DNA of 63,966 bases, counting the filler, from Basidiobolus ranarum (lineage: Eukaryota): assembly GCA_040143965.1 (NCBI GenBank). It is 10 parts of 10 records of this genome, joined end to end, with 100 filler letters (N's around TTAATTAATTAA, not from the genome) between each part and the next. Parts side by side here need not be neighbours in the genome. Positions count along the whole stretch, not along the records: positions 12,846 to 19,162 come from JASJQH010008220.1; positions 19,263 to 25,577 come from JASJQH010008221.1; positions 25,678 to 31,990 come from JASJQH010008222.1; 7 more parts are not named here. One strand, written 5' to 3'. How positions within the stretch are numbered: the first letter of the stretch is position 1; each line of letters starts with the position of its first letter. The position numbers were made by a program, and so were the translations under genes. The notes beneath the pieces are model-generated. The model worked only from the letters and a program-made list of their open reading frames with translations. It had not been told where the DNA came from and did no database searches. Positions 12,746 through 25,764 of the stretch are shown here, in pieces.

Positions 12746-14905
12746 NNNNNNNNNNNNNNNNNNNNNNNNNNNNNNNNNNNNNNNNNNNNTTAATTAATTA
12801 ANNNNNNNNNNNNNNNNNNNNNNNNNNNNNNNNNNNNNNNNNNNNCATCCTTGTTTGAGACGGGGTTTAAGACATCCATCAAATACTGAGCAAAGACAAC
12901 ATTGAACGCAACAAACTTCTATAGATTAAGTGCCAACAGCATTCTTATCTATCCTGGCTGTATTGATGGCTACAGATGCATGAGTGTGGATTTCTTTCCT
13001 TTCTCCATCATGTGTGACTCTTGATTTTAGAACTGCGAAACAAAACCCAGATATCACATGCATATTTAGTGTGGATGAATCCAAAATTAGAATCAATAAT
13101 GCAATCCTGGGAATACTTGAATCCACCCTCAAAAGTGTATTAGTAGGATGTCTAAAAATGTGCGGGAAATATATATATATATGTATATATGCTTAGCTCA
13201 GAGTTAAAAAAAATATACTGGCTAATTGCAGAAACCAGGCTACGCTTTCACAACAATGAATAGGTTGTATTGAAATCCAATGCACATGATTCGACTTCAT
13301 GTAGCTGTACCTTCCAGAATGTGGAACCAAGTAAAGTGTCCAAATATGAAACCATGTCTACTTCTGTTGTATTAAGAATTTTGGGCATACTCCATTCCAA
13401 GTACTATTTGGAGTGAGAATTTTAGTCAATGTTGTGAGTATTGGATGCTTGTCATTCTGTATCTACAAAGCAATAATTGAAGGGTTTATAATCACTGTTA
13501 GAGATATCCAAATAGTACACAATGTTTTGCGGAACTATCTAGCAAGAAACAATGACCTACTATCTCATACTTTTCAGAAGATACTAAACTGTCATCATGT
13601 CCGACAATTGGTGAAAGTGTCTTCCCAATCCACCAAGCATCGTGTCTGAATATACAATCGCCTCAGGTCTAAAACTTTGCCGCTACAACTGTTCATTTGG
13701 TGCGAAGTATAGGGCATTATTTAAGGAAGACATGTGTGCGCCATTTATTGTCTCATTGAGCAAAATCTCTTCATTTCGTTTCAACCATGTGTGTCAAGTC
13801 AAAAAATAGGTGCTTGAAGAGAATGAGAAATTCTTTTATATCTGCACACTTGCATTTGGAATGCTGAATACAAAATTGTAAAACATATTAACTTTAATAA
13901 TACGCCATATGCTCCCATTCACAATGTTGAAATGCGATCAGTTGATTCTCCATTATACTCAGTCACTTAAAATAATGCTCTGTAAGATTTGTAAAATGGA
14001 AGTTACACTAACGGATCCGTTCAAAACACTCCAATATATTTGGCAACGAACCTCCACCAACATCCTATTCCTTGTGACGCAGACATCCCCACTAAGTTAA
14101 CCAACCAATTAGTTATTTGCCTGGAATAATTGGAAAAGGCACTATGAGTCGTGTGTTTTTAATTGGACTAATGAGCATTCGGTCTAATGAAATCCAACTA
14201 TAAGTAGGGGATATAGCCTTCTTGTTGCTGCTCTTTATGCTTTAACTTTTGTTTTCTCATAAATAGGCGGATGTAGACGGTTTTGGACATCCTCAAAGAA
14301 ATTTTACCTTAAGGAATAGAAATGCTGGAAAATTCTTTTTAAATTTAGCCCTGAACAATATATTTACAATCCTGCTTCATTGTGGTTGACCTCATTAAAG
14401 CGGTTGTGTCTGCTCTTTCGCTTCAGTTAGAAACGTGACTGCAAACGGCAATGGACTGTAGGCCCTTTAATAATATGATCACAGCATTCTGATGGATAAA
14501 AGATTGGCCATCAGAATGCCAATCTTGTGACCCAGAGCATGTGAGCCAATTGATGGTATTTATTAGGGTGTAGAGGGGCAATGAAAGATTATCTTCGAAT
14601 TGATTGATTTCCATCTACCCCAAAATTTGATTCACACTTCCTGAACCAAGTATATTTCTTGAGAAATCGCCCTAAAGGGTACAAATCATCATCATTCACG
14701 CAGCCTACTATGCAATCATATCAGATGTGTCAAAATAATGCGGAGAAGTAAACTAAAGATGTAGGATAAGTTCATTTCATTCCATCTAAATCTAAAATCT
14801 TGATCTGTTGGTGCGACCACATTTGCAATATATAAAACCAATCGGCTTATATGGCCTCCTTGTGCCTTGAATCGACACTGACTTTTCCTTCTCGCATAAT
14901 ATACT

Positions 14906-15484
14906 ATGACCCAGTACCTTACCGCTATCCCAGCAACTCGCGAGAACTTCGCCGCCTATGGTGATGTTGTTTGCGCACACGATGGCGCTTTCATCAGTGC
15001 CAACCAAGGTACCGCTCAACGCTACAACCACGTAGCCACCTGCACTAACAAACGTGAAACTGACCAGCCCAGTGTACCTAAGGCCAACCCCAATCTGTGC
15101 GTGTTTAGATGCAAACCAGCTACCCAAATCCCCTTCCCTATCAAGCTTCTTGAGCGTCATCCCAACTCTTCCCAATGCTTCATCCCTATGGCCTGTGGCC
15201 GTCCTTCCAGAGGATACTTGGTGATTGTAGCTTTGAACGGCAAGGATGACAGACCCGATCTCAACACCATGAAAGCGTTTATTTTTGCTCGCAATCAAGG
15301 AGTCAACTACGGTGCTGGTATCTGGCATCACCCTATGGTTGCTCTTGAGGAACTCACCGACTTTGGCTGTATTGTGTGGGAGAACAAGGTACCCGAACAC
15401 GACTGTAATATTGTTGAAATCGGTGGTGACTACAAGACATACGTACCTGGCTACCGCGCAGCCTCTCCAGACCCCAAGCTCTAA
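14906..15484 (+). CDS. DAL3: Ureidoglycolate lyase (Dal3/AllA family), intronless, 192 aa
   Basis: Motifs FAAYGDV, SANQGTA, LLERHPNSSQCFIPM and QGVNYGAGIWHHPM. TATATAAAA lies at ~14829. Confidence 0.93.
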   Translation: MTQYLTAIPATRENFAAYGDVVCAHDGAFISANQGTAQRYNHVATCTNKRETDQPSVPKANPNLCVFRCKPATQIPFPIKLLERHPNSSQCFIPMACGRPSRGYLVIVALNGKDDRPDLNTMKAFIFARNQGVNYGAGIWHHPMVALEELTDFGCIVWENKVPEHDCNIVEIGGDYKTYVPGYRAASPDPKL

Positions 15485-15896
15485 CCAGTCTATTCCAGAG
15501 TTTCATCGAGTATACTATGGGTTAAGGCCATCTTGCATCACATTCTGTAACACCTTCATTTTTATAAAAAAAAAGATAAATAAATCCAAATTATAAAGTC
15601 ATTATGGATGGAAGGTAAGACTTGCGGTTAGAGAAGTGTCTATTTGTTCTGCAAAACTTAGAAAATTGGAATCCATATTTAATATGGACCAAATATCGGT
15701 AATTTTTGAGGATTCTGATAGTGGATATTTACCTAATTTTGCGATATTCTAGGTTAACTATGATTTTGATGCCTTGTTAAAGATGCAGATCCTTTGGTGT
15801 TGGCCCAAATTTAAGTGCACTAAAAAGAACAAGAAAACCAGTTTAGAATTAATCAACAACCCGACTACAAGATGATGTTCCTTTTCAAGTGTTTAG

Positions 15897-16550
15897 GTGA
15901 CTTCAAAGGAAAGAAGAGTTTGATGAGGTATGTTTATTCTATTCGGTATATCCATTCATCATCGTACAGTATCTAACTATGCGATTGGCTACTACTTGGC
16001 CTGGATTCCTTTACCCGTAAAGACTATGACATTAACACCTCCCGAAGTTGGAAATGTTATCATGCTTCTGTTTGAAAAACATCACTGATTGTTTGAAAGG
16101 ACACGTCCGATAAGTCTCCCTCATTGGCTTAAACATGGAGGAGTAGCCGTATTTCCGAGAGCTTCGTCTTAGAGTTGGGCAAGTCCAAGGTAAAAATAGT
16201 CTCGCTAACCTCCATTTAGCTTCTGATAAGTTAAACTTTCTTGTTAACAAGTGGTAAACTTTAATCGAGATTCATATTGAAATAAAAATTACCGATGGCT
16301 ATCTTTGTCTTTTTTCATAGACTTCACTCGCAGGCATTCTAATCAAGGGAAAAAGACTGCTTATATTCAATCTGCGCAAATACTAAAGAAGACATTTGAG
16401 TTCATTATACGTGGGACTTCCCCTTTTGACCTATTATTTTTGATTCAAGAGTTCATTTCAGAAGCCATTGGTCGTTGAATCGAAAATACTTGTCAAAGAA
16501 TCTATCCTATTCAGAACATCTACTTTCACATAATCAAGATAGTCAAATAG
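15897..16550 (+). pseudogene. RPS1: 40S ribosomal protein eS1 (S1/S3a) pseudogene, intron-retaining
   Basis: KGKKSL, then an intron (GTATG at 15928), then DSFTRKDYDI...KNITDCLKGHVR*VSL...FRELRLRVGQVQGKNSLAN...KW*TLIEIHIEIKITDGYL...NQGKKTAYIQSAQI...FISEAIGR*IENTCQRIYPIQNIY. Several in-frame stops and deletions. Confidence 0.9.
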
Positions 16551-17555
16551 ATCAAGAACCCAGGTCTTTACCAATATCTCGATATAATTATATTGTCCTT
16601 TCAACTGTCATAAAATAAACACCCCTCGTGTACGATGTGGTTGTTTGTATGTTGTGGTATACATGAAAAAGAAAGTCACCTGAGTCAAGTCCTGGATGAT
16701 AGTAAGGGGTTTAGTATAAAGAATGGGACTCGATGCAGAAAAGGGTAAATTCCGTGGCACTATAAGTGCAAAGCAGGATACGAAGCTGTAGAAAATCTTA
16801 CTATATTTACCGTAGATTATAATTGCCTAAAATGCAAGGATCAAGCAAGGAGCTAGACTAATCTCTGATAGCTCCTCCAAGCACATGCATAAGTAAATTT
16901 AGTCAAAAGCATCAGAAGCAATTGGTGGTGAGACTTCTGTCATACATTGTTCATTGCACGAAATTTTCAGTATAAAGAGCTCCCGTGTCCCTTAAACATA
17001 TAACAAGTTTAGAAAGCATTATAAATGATGATTTTGGTATTGGTTTGGCATTTTGGTCAAATTCTAATTGAAAAGCAAGCGAATTGAATTTAGGAGTAGT
17101 TGCCCTTTTTTTAGGCATCCCCAATATCTTAACAGATTTTTGTTCATGCTACACCTATAACTCTGTCCTTTGGTGTAGAACACTTGGTTCAACCTTGTCT
17201 ATTTCGTTTTCCTTCACTTTCAAGTCCACTCTTTATTTAACTTCCTTTCATATTTCATTTCGTCTTACTTGTTATTTAACTCCTAACTCATCCCTTGGGC
17301 AGTTGAACCATCACTCTTGCATATTATCTAAATTCCTCTTCAATCTTGAGCCATAATAGTACAAAGGTGGATATTTTTCATACCTTCAAATAGGGATTAT
17401 CGGCTTCTATTTACCTATACTTTTTATTGCTCTTGTACTGGTGGCCTCACTTATTGCAACACTTCGTTTCAACTAAACCGTTTCTCCTTTTTATGTCAAT
17501 TTGTCTATTCGGTGACTTTGCAACATAGGGTCTAAAGTAATTGTAGTACACATAT

Positions 17556-18775
17556 ATGAGTGATATAGCTGAAAGAATAGCTGTTGCTAGAAGGGAGGCG
17601 GAGCAGCTCAAAGAGAAAATCAGGCAAAAGAAGGATAACTTAGCCGATACATCACGTAAGAGGTCTACCTTTGGCCTCGTTGAAAATAGCGTACACCATT
17701 CTTATTTTGATTTTATAATATAGTGAAAAATGTCGCGGCGGAACTTGAGCCACTTCCTAGAATTGTCATGAAAGTTCGACGAACGCTTAAAGGTCATTTG
17801 GCCAAGATTTACGCCATGCAGTGGGCCAATGATGAACGACATTTAGTTTCGGCCTCGCAAGACGGAAAACTGATCGTTTGGGACGCATACACCACCAACA
17901 AGATTCACGCCATTCCACTGCGTTCTTCCTGGGTTATGACTTGTGCTTACGCGCCATCAGGAAACTTTGTAGCATGTGGTGGACTGGATAATATCTGTTC
18001 GATTTATAATTTGAAGACTAAAGAAGGCTCAGTGAAGGTGGCTAGAGAGTTAAGCGCGCATACTGGTTATTTATCTTGTTGCAGATTCCTCAGTGATCGC
18101 CAGATTTTAACTAGTTCTGGAGATATGTCTTGTATGCTCTGGGATATTGATGCTGGTGTAAAGTTGATGGACTTTGTAGATCATACCGGAGATGTGATGA
18201 GGTAATATTTGGGAATCATTTTGAAGTGTAAATCTTTGGCTTACATTTCATAAAAGTTTGTCTCTAGCTCCGGAGAAGAACATCTTTGTATCTGGTGCCT
18301 GCGACGCCACTGCTAAAGTATGGGACATTCGCACAGGAAAATGTGTGCAAACCTTTTCTGGACATGAATCTGACATTAATGCCGTCCAATTCTTCCCCAA
18401 CGGGGATGCCTTTGGTACTGGCTCGGATGATACTACATGCAGACTGTTTGATTTAAGAGCCGATCGTGAGTTGAGTCAATATGCACACGACAACATCTTG
18501 TGCGGGATTACCTCGGTAGGATTTTCTGCCTCTGGTAGACTTTTATTTGCGGGTTATGATGATTTCAATTGTAATGTTTGGGACACCATGAGAGGAGATA
18601 GAGTAGGAGTCTTGGCCGCACACGAAAACCGAGTCAGTTGCCTCGGTGTATCTGCTGATGGAATGGCCTTGTGTACCGGTAGTTGGGACAGTTTACTGAA
18701 GGTAATCCATGGATTTGGTAGTGTTCTCTCGATAACCCCATCTAATCCTTTTCATTTCATCAGATTTGGGCTTAA
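17556..18775 (+). CDS. GPB1: Heterotrimeric G-protein beta subunit (WD40); exons 17556-17655, 17724-18201, 18257-18701, 18764-18775
   Basis: [59 protein letters not shown] and C-terminal [11 protein letters not shown]. Confidence 0.97.
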
Positions 18776-19262
18776 CTCTCAATGCCAATTGTTGGCAACT
18801 ATCTCCCAGCTTTCCTCATACATATAACAATATACACTGTTCCCGCCCCATATATAATCTGTAGCTTAAGAACCCCACCCTTTATCTTTTTATACATTTC
18901 TCGCGCTTGTCTGCGTCTACGCCCACATATATTCCATTCTTTTACATTGATTTCTCTTTGGTAAATTTTCATTTGTTTGTTAACCGTTTGTCACACTACA
19001 TCCTGTCTGTCTACTACTAGCATTACTCCCACTTTAAGTGTCTTTTCTATTGCCACCATCGGTGACTCTGACTATATGACGAATACTTGGATCCCACTTA
19101 CAAATACAACCAATCTTTTCAAGCTTTGAGGGTATTTTTCATGGTTTTTTGTGGTAGGAGGTNNNNNNNNNNNNNNNNNNNNNNNNNNNNNNNNNNNNNN
19201 NNNNNNTTAATTAATTAANNNNNNNNNNNNNNNNNNNNNNNNNNNNNNNNNNNNNNNNNNNN

Positions 19263-20304
19263 AGAAATTTCCTTATCAATCTATGGTTGGTAGTTTGATG
19301 TATATCATGGTTGGAACATGGCCAGATATTGTATATTCTGTGGGAGTTACGTGCCAATATCTTCCAAATTATGGATCTGATCAAATCATAGCAGTTAAGC
19401 AGATTTTCAGATATTCAAAAGGTACTATGGATCTATGCCTAAAATTCACATATTCTGAATCAAACTTTGGTTTTTTTGGATATCCAGATGCAAATTGGGG
19501 AAGAGATATTGAAGACAGGAGATCTATGACAGGATACTAATTTCTTTGCTGTAATGGAGCTATTTCTTGGAATTCAAAGAAACAACCTATTATATCACTT
19601 TTAACAACAAAAGCAGAATACATGGCTGCCTGTGAAGCAACAAAAGAAGCAATATGGTTAAGAAAACTCTTAACAGATTTGGGTTATTCTCAAAATTCAC
19701 CAACTACAATATTTCAAGTTAATCAAAGTTGTGTCAAATTAGCTATAAATCCCACATTTCATAATAGAAGCAAACACAAAGATATTAAGCATCACTTCAT
19801 TAGAGAGACTATAGAGAATAAGTTTATTGACTTAACTTATTGTTCTACAGAAAACATGATTGCTGATATATTAACCAAACCATTAGCTAGACAAAAATTT
19901 GAGAAATTTAGACCTTTGTTAGGATTAGTTTCTATGACTATTCAGTTGAGAGAGAGTGTTGAAATTAGCATTGCCTAATCACCTATATAGTCATATATAA
20001 TAGAGTACTTAGTTATCTTATAGTTCACTAAGATATTATCAATTATTCTCAAAAGGAATTTACTTAGAATATTTTTACCAACTTAGAAGTTCTCAGATAT
20101 ATAGATTTTTCAAACTTGTGCTAGAAGCCCCAAACTTTGCACACATGCTCCTGGGACCTTCTTTAACACATTCTACATGTTAGTTTGTTTACATCTTGAC
20201 AAAACTGTAAATGTCAACTTACTACTCAATAAATCACTAAGTGAAAATGACCAATTCCTCAAATTCTCCAAACCACTTCTAACAGGCTCCCAAATACTTT
20301 AACA
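19263..20304 (+). mobile_element. Ty1/Copia 3' end: RT/RNase H remnant, polypurine tract and 3' LTR (19957-20304)
   Basis: VGSLMYIMVGTWPDI, GYPDANWG..DRRSMTGY, EAIWLRKLL, HNRSKHKDIKHHFIRE and ENMIADILTKPL. PPT GAGAGAGAG is followed by TGTTGAAATTAGC...TACTTTAACA. Confidence 0.93.
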
Positions 20305-20452
20305 TATATTACCCTATAACTGAAACAACAATACTGCTAATCTTCATATATTAGTTAGAATATTCTTACAAAGTTAGAAGTTTTCAGATATATAAATATC
20401 ACCAACTTAGAAGTTCTCAGATGTAGAGATTTTTTAAACTTGTGCTAGAAGC

Positions 20453-20800
20453 TGTTAAAGTATTTGGGAGCCTGTTGGAAGTGGTTTGAAGAATTAGAGA
20501 AATTGGTGGTTTTCACTTGTTGATTGATTGAGTATTCAGTTGACATTCATAGTTTTGTCAAGATATAAATAAACTAACATGTAGAATGTGTTAAGGAAGG
20601 TCCCAGGAGCATGTGTGCAAAGTTTGGGGCTTCTAGCACAAGCTTGAAAAATCAATATATCTGAGAACTTCCAAGTTGGTGTCAATATTCTAAGTAAATT
20701 CCTTTTGAGAATAATTGATAATATCTTAGTGAATTATAAGATAACTAAGTACTAAGCTATATATGATTATATAGGTGTTCAGGCAATGCTAATTTCAGCA
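20453..20800 (-). mobile_element. Solo LTR of the same Copia family, inserted into an older LTR copy (~20350-20452 plus 20801-20982)
   Basis: Reverse complement of the 19957-20304 LTR with TG...CA ends and a 5-bp TSD GAAGC at 20448-20452 and 20801-20805. The host LTR sequence resumes after the TSD. Confidence 0.92.
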
Positions 20801-23481
20801 GAAGCCCCAAACGTTGCACAGATTTTCCTGGGACCATCCTTAGCACATTCTGACTCTTATTTTGCTTACATTTTGACAAAACTATAGACGTCAACCTTCT
20901 ACTCAATATATCAATAAGTGAAAACCACCAATTCTTCTAGTTCGCCAAACCACTTCCAACAAACTTCCAAAATACTTTAACAAATCATACTCTTGTTTGT
21001 AATTCACCATAGTCTCTTAAAAACAAAGCAGTTAAATCAATATCACATGTTGTCTCTTAATAAAGATTCTGGGCTTTATCCTATTTTTCATGAGGAATCT
21101 TATATTGTTGTTTCCATGTGTGCTACCTTTCCTACTAAACACACTCTTTACTACTGTAGATTTCGTGTATGTTGTTAAGCATTTCAAGAATGGATATGAT
21201 CCCATTCTATGATAATCTGCCAGAACAGCGTAGTCTTGATTATCATGAATTTATAAAAGAATATTGACCAAATAAAGCTTACACCACTCGATATTCTTCA
21301 TCTCTCACTTTCTCATTCACTCTCCCCAATACAACCATTCTCAGCAGCTAAACACACTTTAAGCAATTCGTCATACTACTTGTGCAGTTCAGGATACATC
21401 AACTTCCACTCCTTCGAATTGATTAATCCAAGCTGGGTAGGCTCACCAAAACTTCTCACACATCATCTGCCTGAAACTCTAAATATTCATGCTTTAAATG
21501 GGACATCTGGTTTCTTTCTTTATTGCGTAATAATGTGCTGACAGTCTCCGGGTAACATGTGTCGAAATACTGCCAAGATTGATTTCATCATTTAAAATGG
21601 TGCTTGTATTGCTAATATACTTGAGCAAAGTACCTACTTGACATTACTTTCTATCACAAACTCTTTTAGCATAACATTTATTTGAATATATTAGCACTGT
21701 TACGAAATGACATACTTTTCAAGCATATGTAATATTATCGCAAACATCGTTCTTAGTATCCCTAGTATTGCCATTTTTTGATATAATTAGCATACATATA
21801 AATACATATTTATATATAGTTTTTCGTAGTATAATAATGAGTTACGCTTCTGTTACTACTTGATTCTCAGAACAAGTTGATACTGATGTATGCCAATCCT
21901 TAGTATCTCATACGCACTATAGGACAATCAATGAATGAGGCTATCTATAGTAGCCTTAAATTAGAAGAATATAATCAATGTAAAACAGTCGTACTGTCGA
22001 TTAGGGAGGCACTCACACCAAGACAAATGGTTTACATGAATAAGTGCCCCGCCATATGAAAAGTATCATCCTTGTCATGAAATAGGTAGTGGTTTCGTAC
22101 TTATAGCAGTGTCTAAGAACATTCAAATACTGGGGTATCGCTATCGATGGACAAACAGTGAAATGGTGAATTTCGGAATGACATCAAAATATATATTTCC
22201 ACCAAGCAACCATATTGTTCTCGATCTTCCCGGTCAAAAGCTATACATTTAATAACCTATTATGGTTAGGTACCCACCCTTATGTAGCACACCAACAATC
22301 AGTTATTAGGGCTAGGGTTTACCAAGTAATTACGTGGATCTTATATTCCGATCAAAATCCCGATGTATCGATTACTAACTCGAAAGAGTCTGATGACACT
22401 GTGTAAATGGTGCAGCTGCCCCACTGCCTATCCCATTTAGTAAGAAAAATAAGTAAATGGTATTTGCAAATGATTTACCAACCATGGTTTTAGCATACCC
22501 TGTATAAATCACTGCTTCTGGGCTCTACAAGAAAAGATAAGCGTCGGCATACATATATGGACTTGATTATAAATTCTCCACATGACTTTCTGTGTACTAC
22601 TTCTGAATATATCCAGATAATATACAGAATAAGTAGTTAGGTTCGTAGAGAAGGGTTAGATATTGGTCACAACTGCTCGTCCGTTCATCTCAACTGACAT
22701 ATAAGTAAAATCTGACACGGTTCGTTCTGGTGGAAGGCCACCATTTTATGGGCTGATTAGAATAGACCTGTTCCAATAGACCAGGGGTTTTGGGACCTGA
22801 TTCATCATATTAACTGTTCAGGTCTGAGAGTGCCGGATGGTGGTAATTAAGCCGCTTGTTTCCTTAATTGTGTTTTCGGATCTTGTATATACAGGACTAT
22901 CTGTCTTAATCCAACAGAACCAGTTCGATAGCACAAAATTCTCATATTTTGGAAGCATATTGAACTTTCGGGCTAGGCTCAGAGAAATCCAACAAGATAT
23001 ATATACCCATGCACCCAGTACCTGGTAATTGTTAGGGTTAGAGTTACGATAAGATCTATTCGTGAAGATTGTGTTTGAGTTAAACCCTAACCTAGTACAT
23101 AAATCAGCTGGAAATAGGGTTTTGGTCTTACAGCATGGAGATGAAACATTGACCTAGTCTTATGATTGGCTCTTAACTATGAATTCGATAAGCCATATAA
23201 GATAGTTGTGATTATTAAATACATCCACTTAGCCTTTTGGAATGCTGTTTTCCATGCTTTTGAAGCAGATTTCTTTACCATAATTTTAGATACAAATAGA
23301 AGAAATACCGAGTAGAAATCGGTTTCAAGTTTATTATTAATTTAAATTCAGGATTGGTGAAGACCTCCGTTCCGGTCCAATGTTAGATGAAGCAATGGCA
23401 AAGCTCTATCTATACAAATGCCACGCTTGTATAACCAAATACTACAGCTATCTGGATGTATTATAAGCTGCTATATCAGAG

Positions 23482-25063
23482 TTATAAATTGTTATCTGCA
23501 TTCTTCCGAGATGTTAGCTCCTCCAGGCTTCTGCCCTTGGTCTCTTGAATAAAAATGAGGGTGCCCACAAATCCAATTGTACTGCAACCGGCAAAAATAA
23601 GGAAAACGTAGCCATGCATAGCTTCCATGAGACTTGGGAAAATTAGACCGATAGTGAAATTCGAGGTCCAATTCATTGTCAGGGCCATACTCGAAGTGAT
23701 CGAGACGGCATTAGTAGGCATCAACTCGGTAATAATAAGAGCCGGAATGGGACCAAAGCCAATCGCGTAGAAAGTAACATATATCATGACTGGAAAATAG
23801 AAAATAATATGTTAGAGAAATACCTTCTAGCCATGAGTATATAAAGAAACACATACTTCCTGCTACTATTAATCCATTGCTGTGTGCTTGAAGACCAACA
23901 CACATAAGAATGCAGAAGATACATAATCCAGCACTGGATATCAGCAACAAAGCCTTCCGCCCTACGCGATCAATCAACACAACGGAGGCAACGGTAATTG
24001 CAGCATTTAGACATCCGACGCAAAGAGTAATATATCTGGCATTGTCTCCATAGATACTAGTAAAGATCGAAGTAGAGTAGTACATAACACCATTAATTCC
24101 GGACCATTGTTGAATAACTCCAAGACTAATGCAAATAAAAAAGTTCCTTCTACATCCTGAGTCTCGGATAACCTCGAAAAGGCCGAGTTTCTTTGGAAGA
24201 TGCTTACTAGACTCGCGGGCTTGAACTATCTCTTGATACTCAACCTCAACATCATATCCTTTCCTTAATTTGAGCAATGCCAATCTGGCTTCTTCGTTAC
24301 TACCTGTAGAAACAAGATAGCGAGGGGTCTCAACACAAAAAGGCAGTAGACACGCTTGAAGAAGGCCAAAGGCCCCAGGAAGTGCAATCAAAACTCTCCA
24401 TCCAACAGGTGTAGACATACCCAGACTCATGCATTCAACAACTACAATGCCCATAGTAGTACAAAACTGATTGATGGCACCGAGAGTTCCTCGAGTCTTG
24501 ATGGGAGCGATTTCACCAATATAAGTAGGTAAAACGACAGCACCATATCCGCATCCAAAACCGATGAGGAGACGACCACAGATCCACATGGGTATGTTGA
24601 TAGAGCAAGCGATTAAGATCCCACCAAAAATACTAAAGAAGTTGTTTACTAACATGGCATTACGACGACCAAGTTTTTCTTGTGCATGGCCAGCCGTGAT
24701 ACAGCCAAAAATACCACCTAGCGCATGACTTCCTACGGCAAATCCCCATAGCCAAGAATCCATCGAATAGCAGTAAGGAAAGATTCCATTCAGCTTGAGA
24801 TCAGTTTCGTGGCAGTTACGAATTGCTTTGGAGGCTGGTAGAAAAATTGTAAGTTTTCTGCAGGTATAAAGGTAATACTCGAGTGAAATAAAATGGGACT
24901 TACTAATATTGGTTGAGGAAGTATCATAACCACTGCCGAATTTCACTATGCATGCAGTTAATACGCAGAACATGATGTAAGGAGAGTAGGTAATGCTTTT
25001 TGAGTCTTGTAGATCCGCCTTTTTTCCATGTTCTCCAAGAACGGCCTTTTCGATTAACTTCAT
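23482..25063 (-). CDS. MFS sugar porter (GLUT/SLC2-like), three exons (introns ~24903-24835 and ~23856-23790)
   Basis: KLGRR, GRLLIGFGCG, YIGEIAPIKTRGTLG, VETPRYL, QQWSGINGVMYYSTSIF, IDRVGRK, GFGPIP and ETKGRSLEE, with about 12 hydrophobic segments. Confidence 0.93.
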
Positions 25064-25677
25064 TGAAAATTGAGTTTGTGCAACGATATGAAAAGCGATA
25101 TCCAATGATTGCAAGATTTTCTTTAAGGAATACTGGTTGTATCCAAGAAGATGGTACTTTGATGCAGTAGCAATGGGCAAGTCCAGGATATTTATTCAAA
25201 TAATGATATAGAGATGAATGTGCAACATCCCTGCGAAGTATTACCATTTCAATTAGCAACCTAGTCCAACACCTCTTGTTCACTGGTATCTTTGCTCCGC
25301 AAATAGAAAGGAAAGTTTGCAAGATCAAAACACCTTTGAATGTTGCCCAAATGAGGAAATTATTCACCTAAAGATTTACCGTCTCCGCGCCAATAAAGTA
25401 CTTAACCCAGAATTGGGGCCTACCGAGCGTGCTATTAGGTTGTCAAGACTACGTAGCGTCTGATCTTCAATAGAGATACAAAATAATGTATCTCGGAATT
25501 CCACCAATTCAAATCAGAGCAAGATGCGAATACATTTACTGCCATAGATGATGAGCTAAGTACCTGCAGTTGAAATANNNNNNNNNNNNNNNNNNNNNNN
25601 NNNNNNNNNNNNNNNNNNNNNTTAATTAATTAANNNNNNNNNNNNNNNNNNNNNNNNNNNNNNNNNNNNNNNNNNNN

Positions 25678-25764
25678 AACACGAATGAGATAGCCCAAAC
25701 GGCAAGCTTCGACCACTAAGAGTGCGTCGTGAACCGATTCAATATAGCCAAAATATGTTTCCAT
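25678..25764 (-). CDS. Gti1/Pac2 (WOPR-box) transcription factor, N-terminal fragment truncated by the gap
   Basis: METYFGYIESVHDALLVVEACRLGYLIRV matches the WOPRa start (TYxGYI...DALLxFEACRxGxLxRV). A TATA-like TATATAAAA lies upstream at ~26016-26008. Confidence 0.85.

Noticed and set aside
12846-13720. Possible decayed minus-strand gene with exon-like patches
   Set aside because: All frames are interrupted and I could not recognise a family. BLASTx would be needed.
14792-15400. 202-aa minus-strand ORF
   Set aside because: Antisense shadow of the DAL3-like gene with no motifs. The same applies to 29930..30403, 9905..10102, 10250..10519 and 59869..60168.
14906-15484. Intronless ureidoglycolate lyase as a bacterial horizontal transfer
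   Set aside because: It has the ANQGTA segment typical of fungal Dal3, and lack of introns in a short gene is weak evidence.
23031-23091. TTAGGG/CCCTAA telomere-like inverted motif
   Set aside because: Only one or two units on each side with no array, which is compatible with chance.
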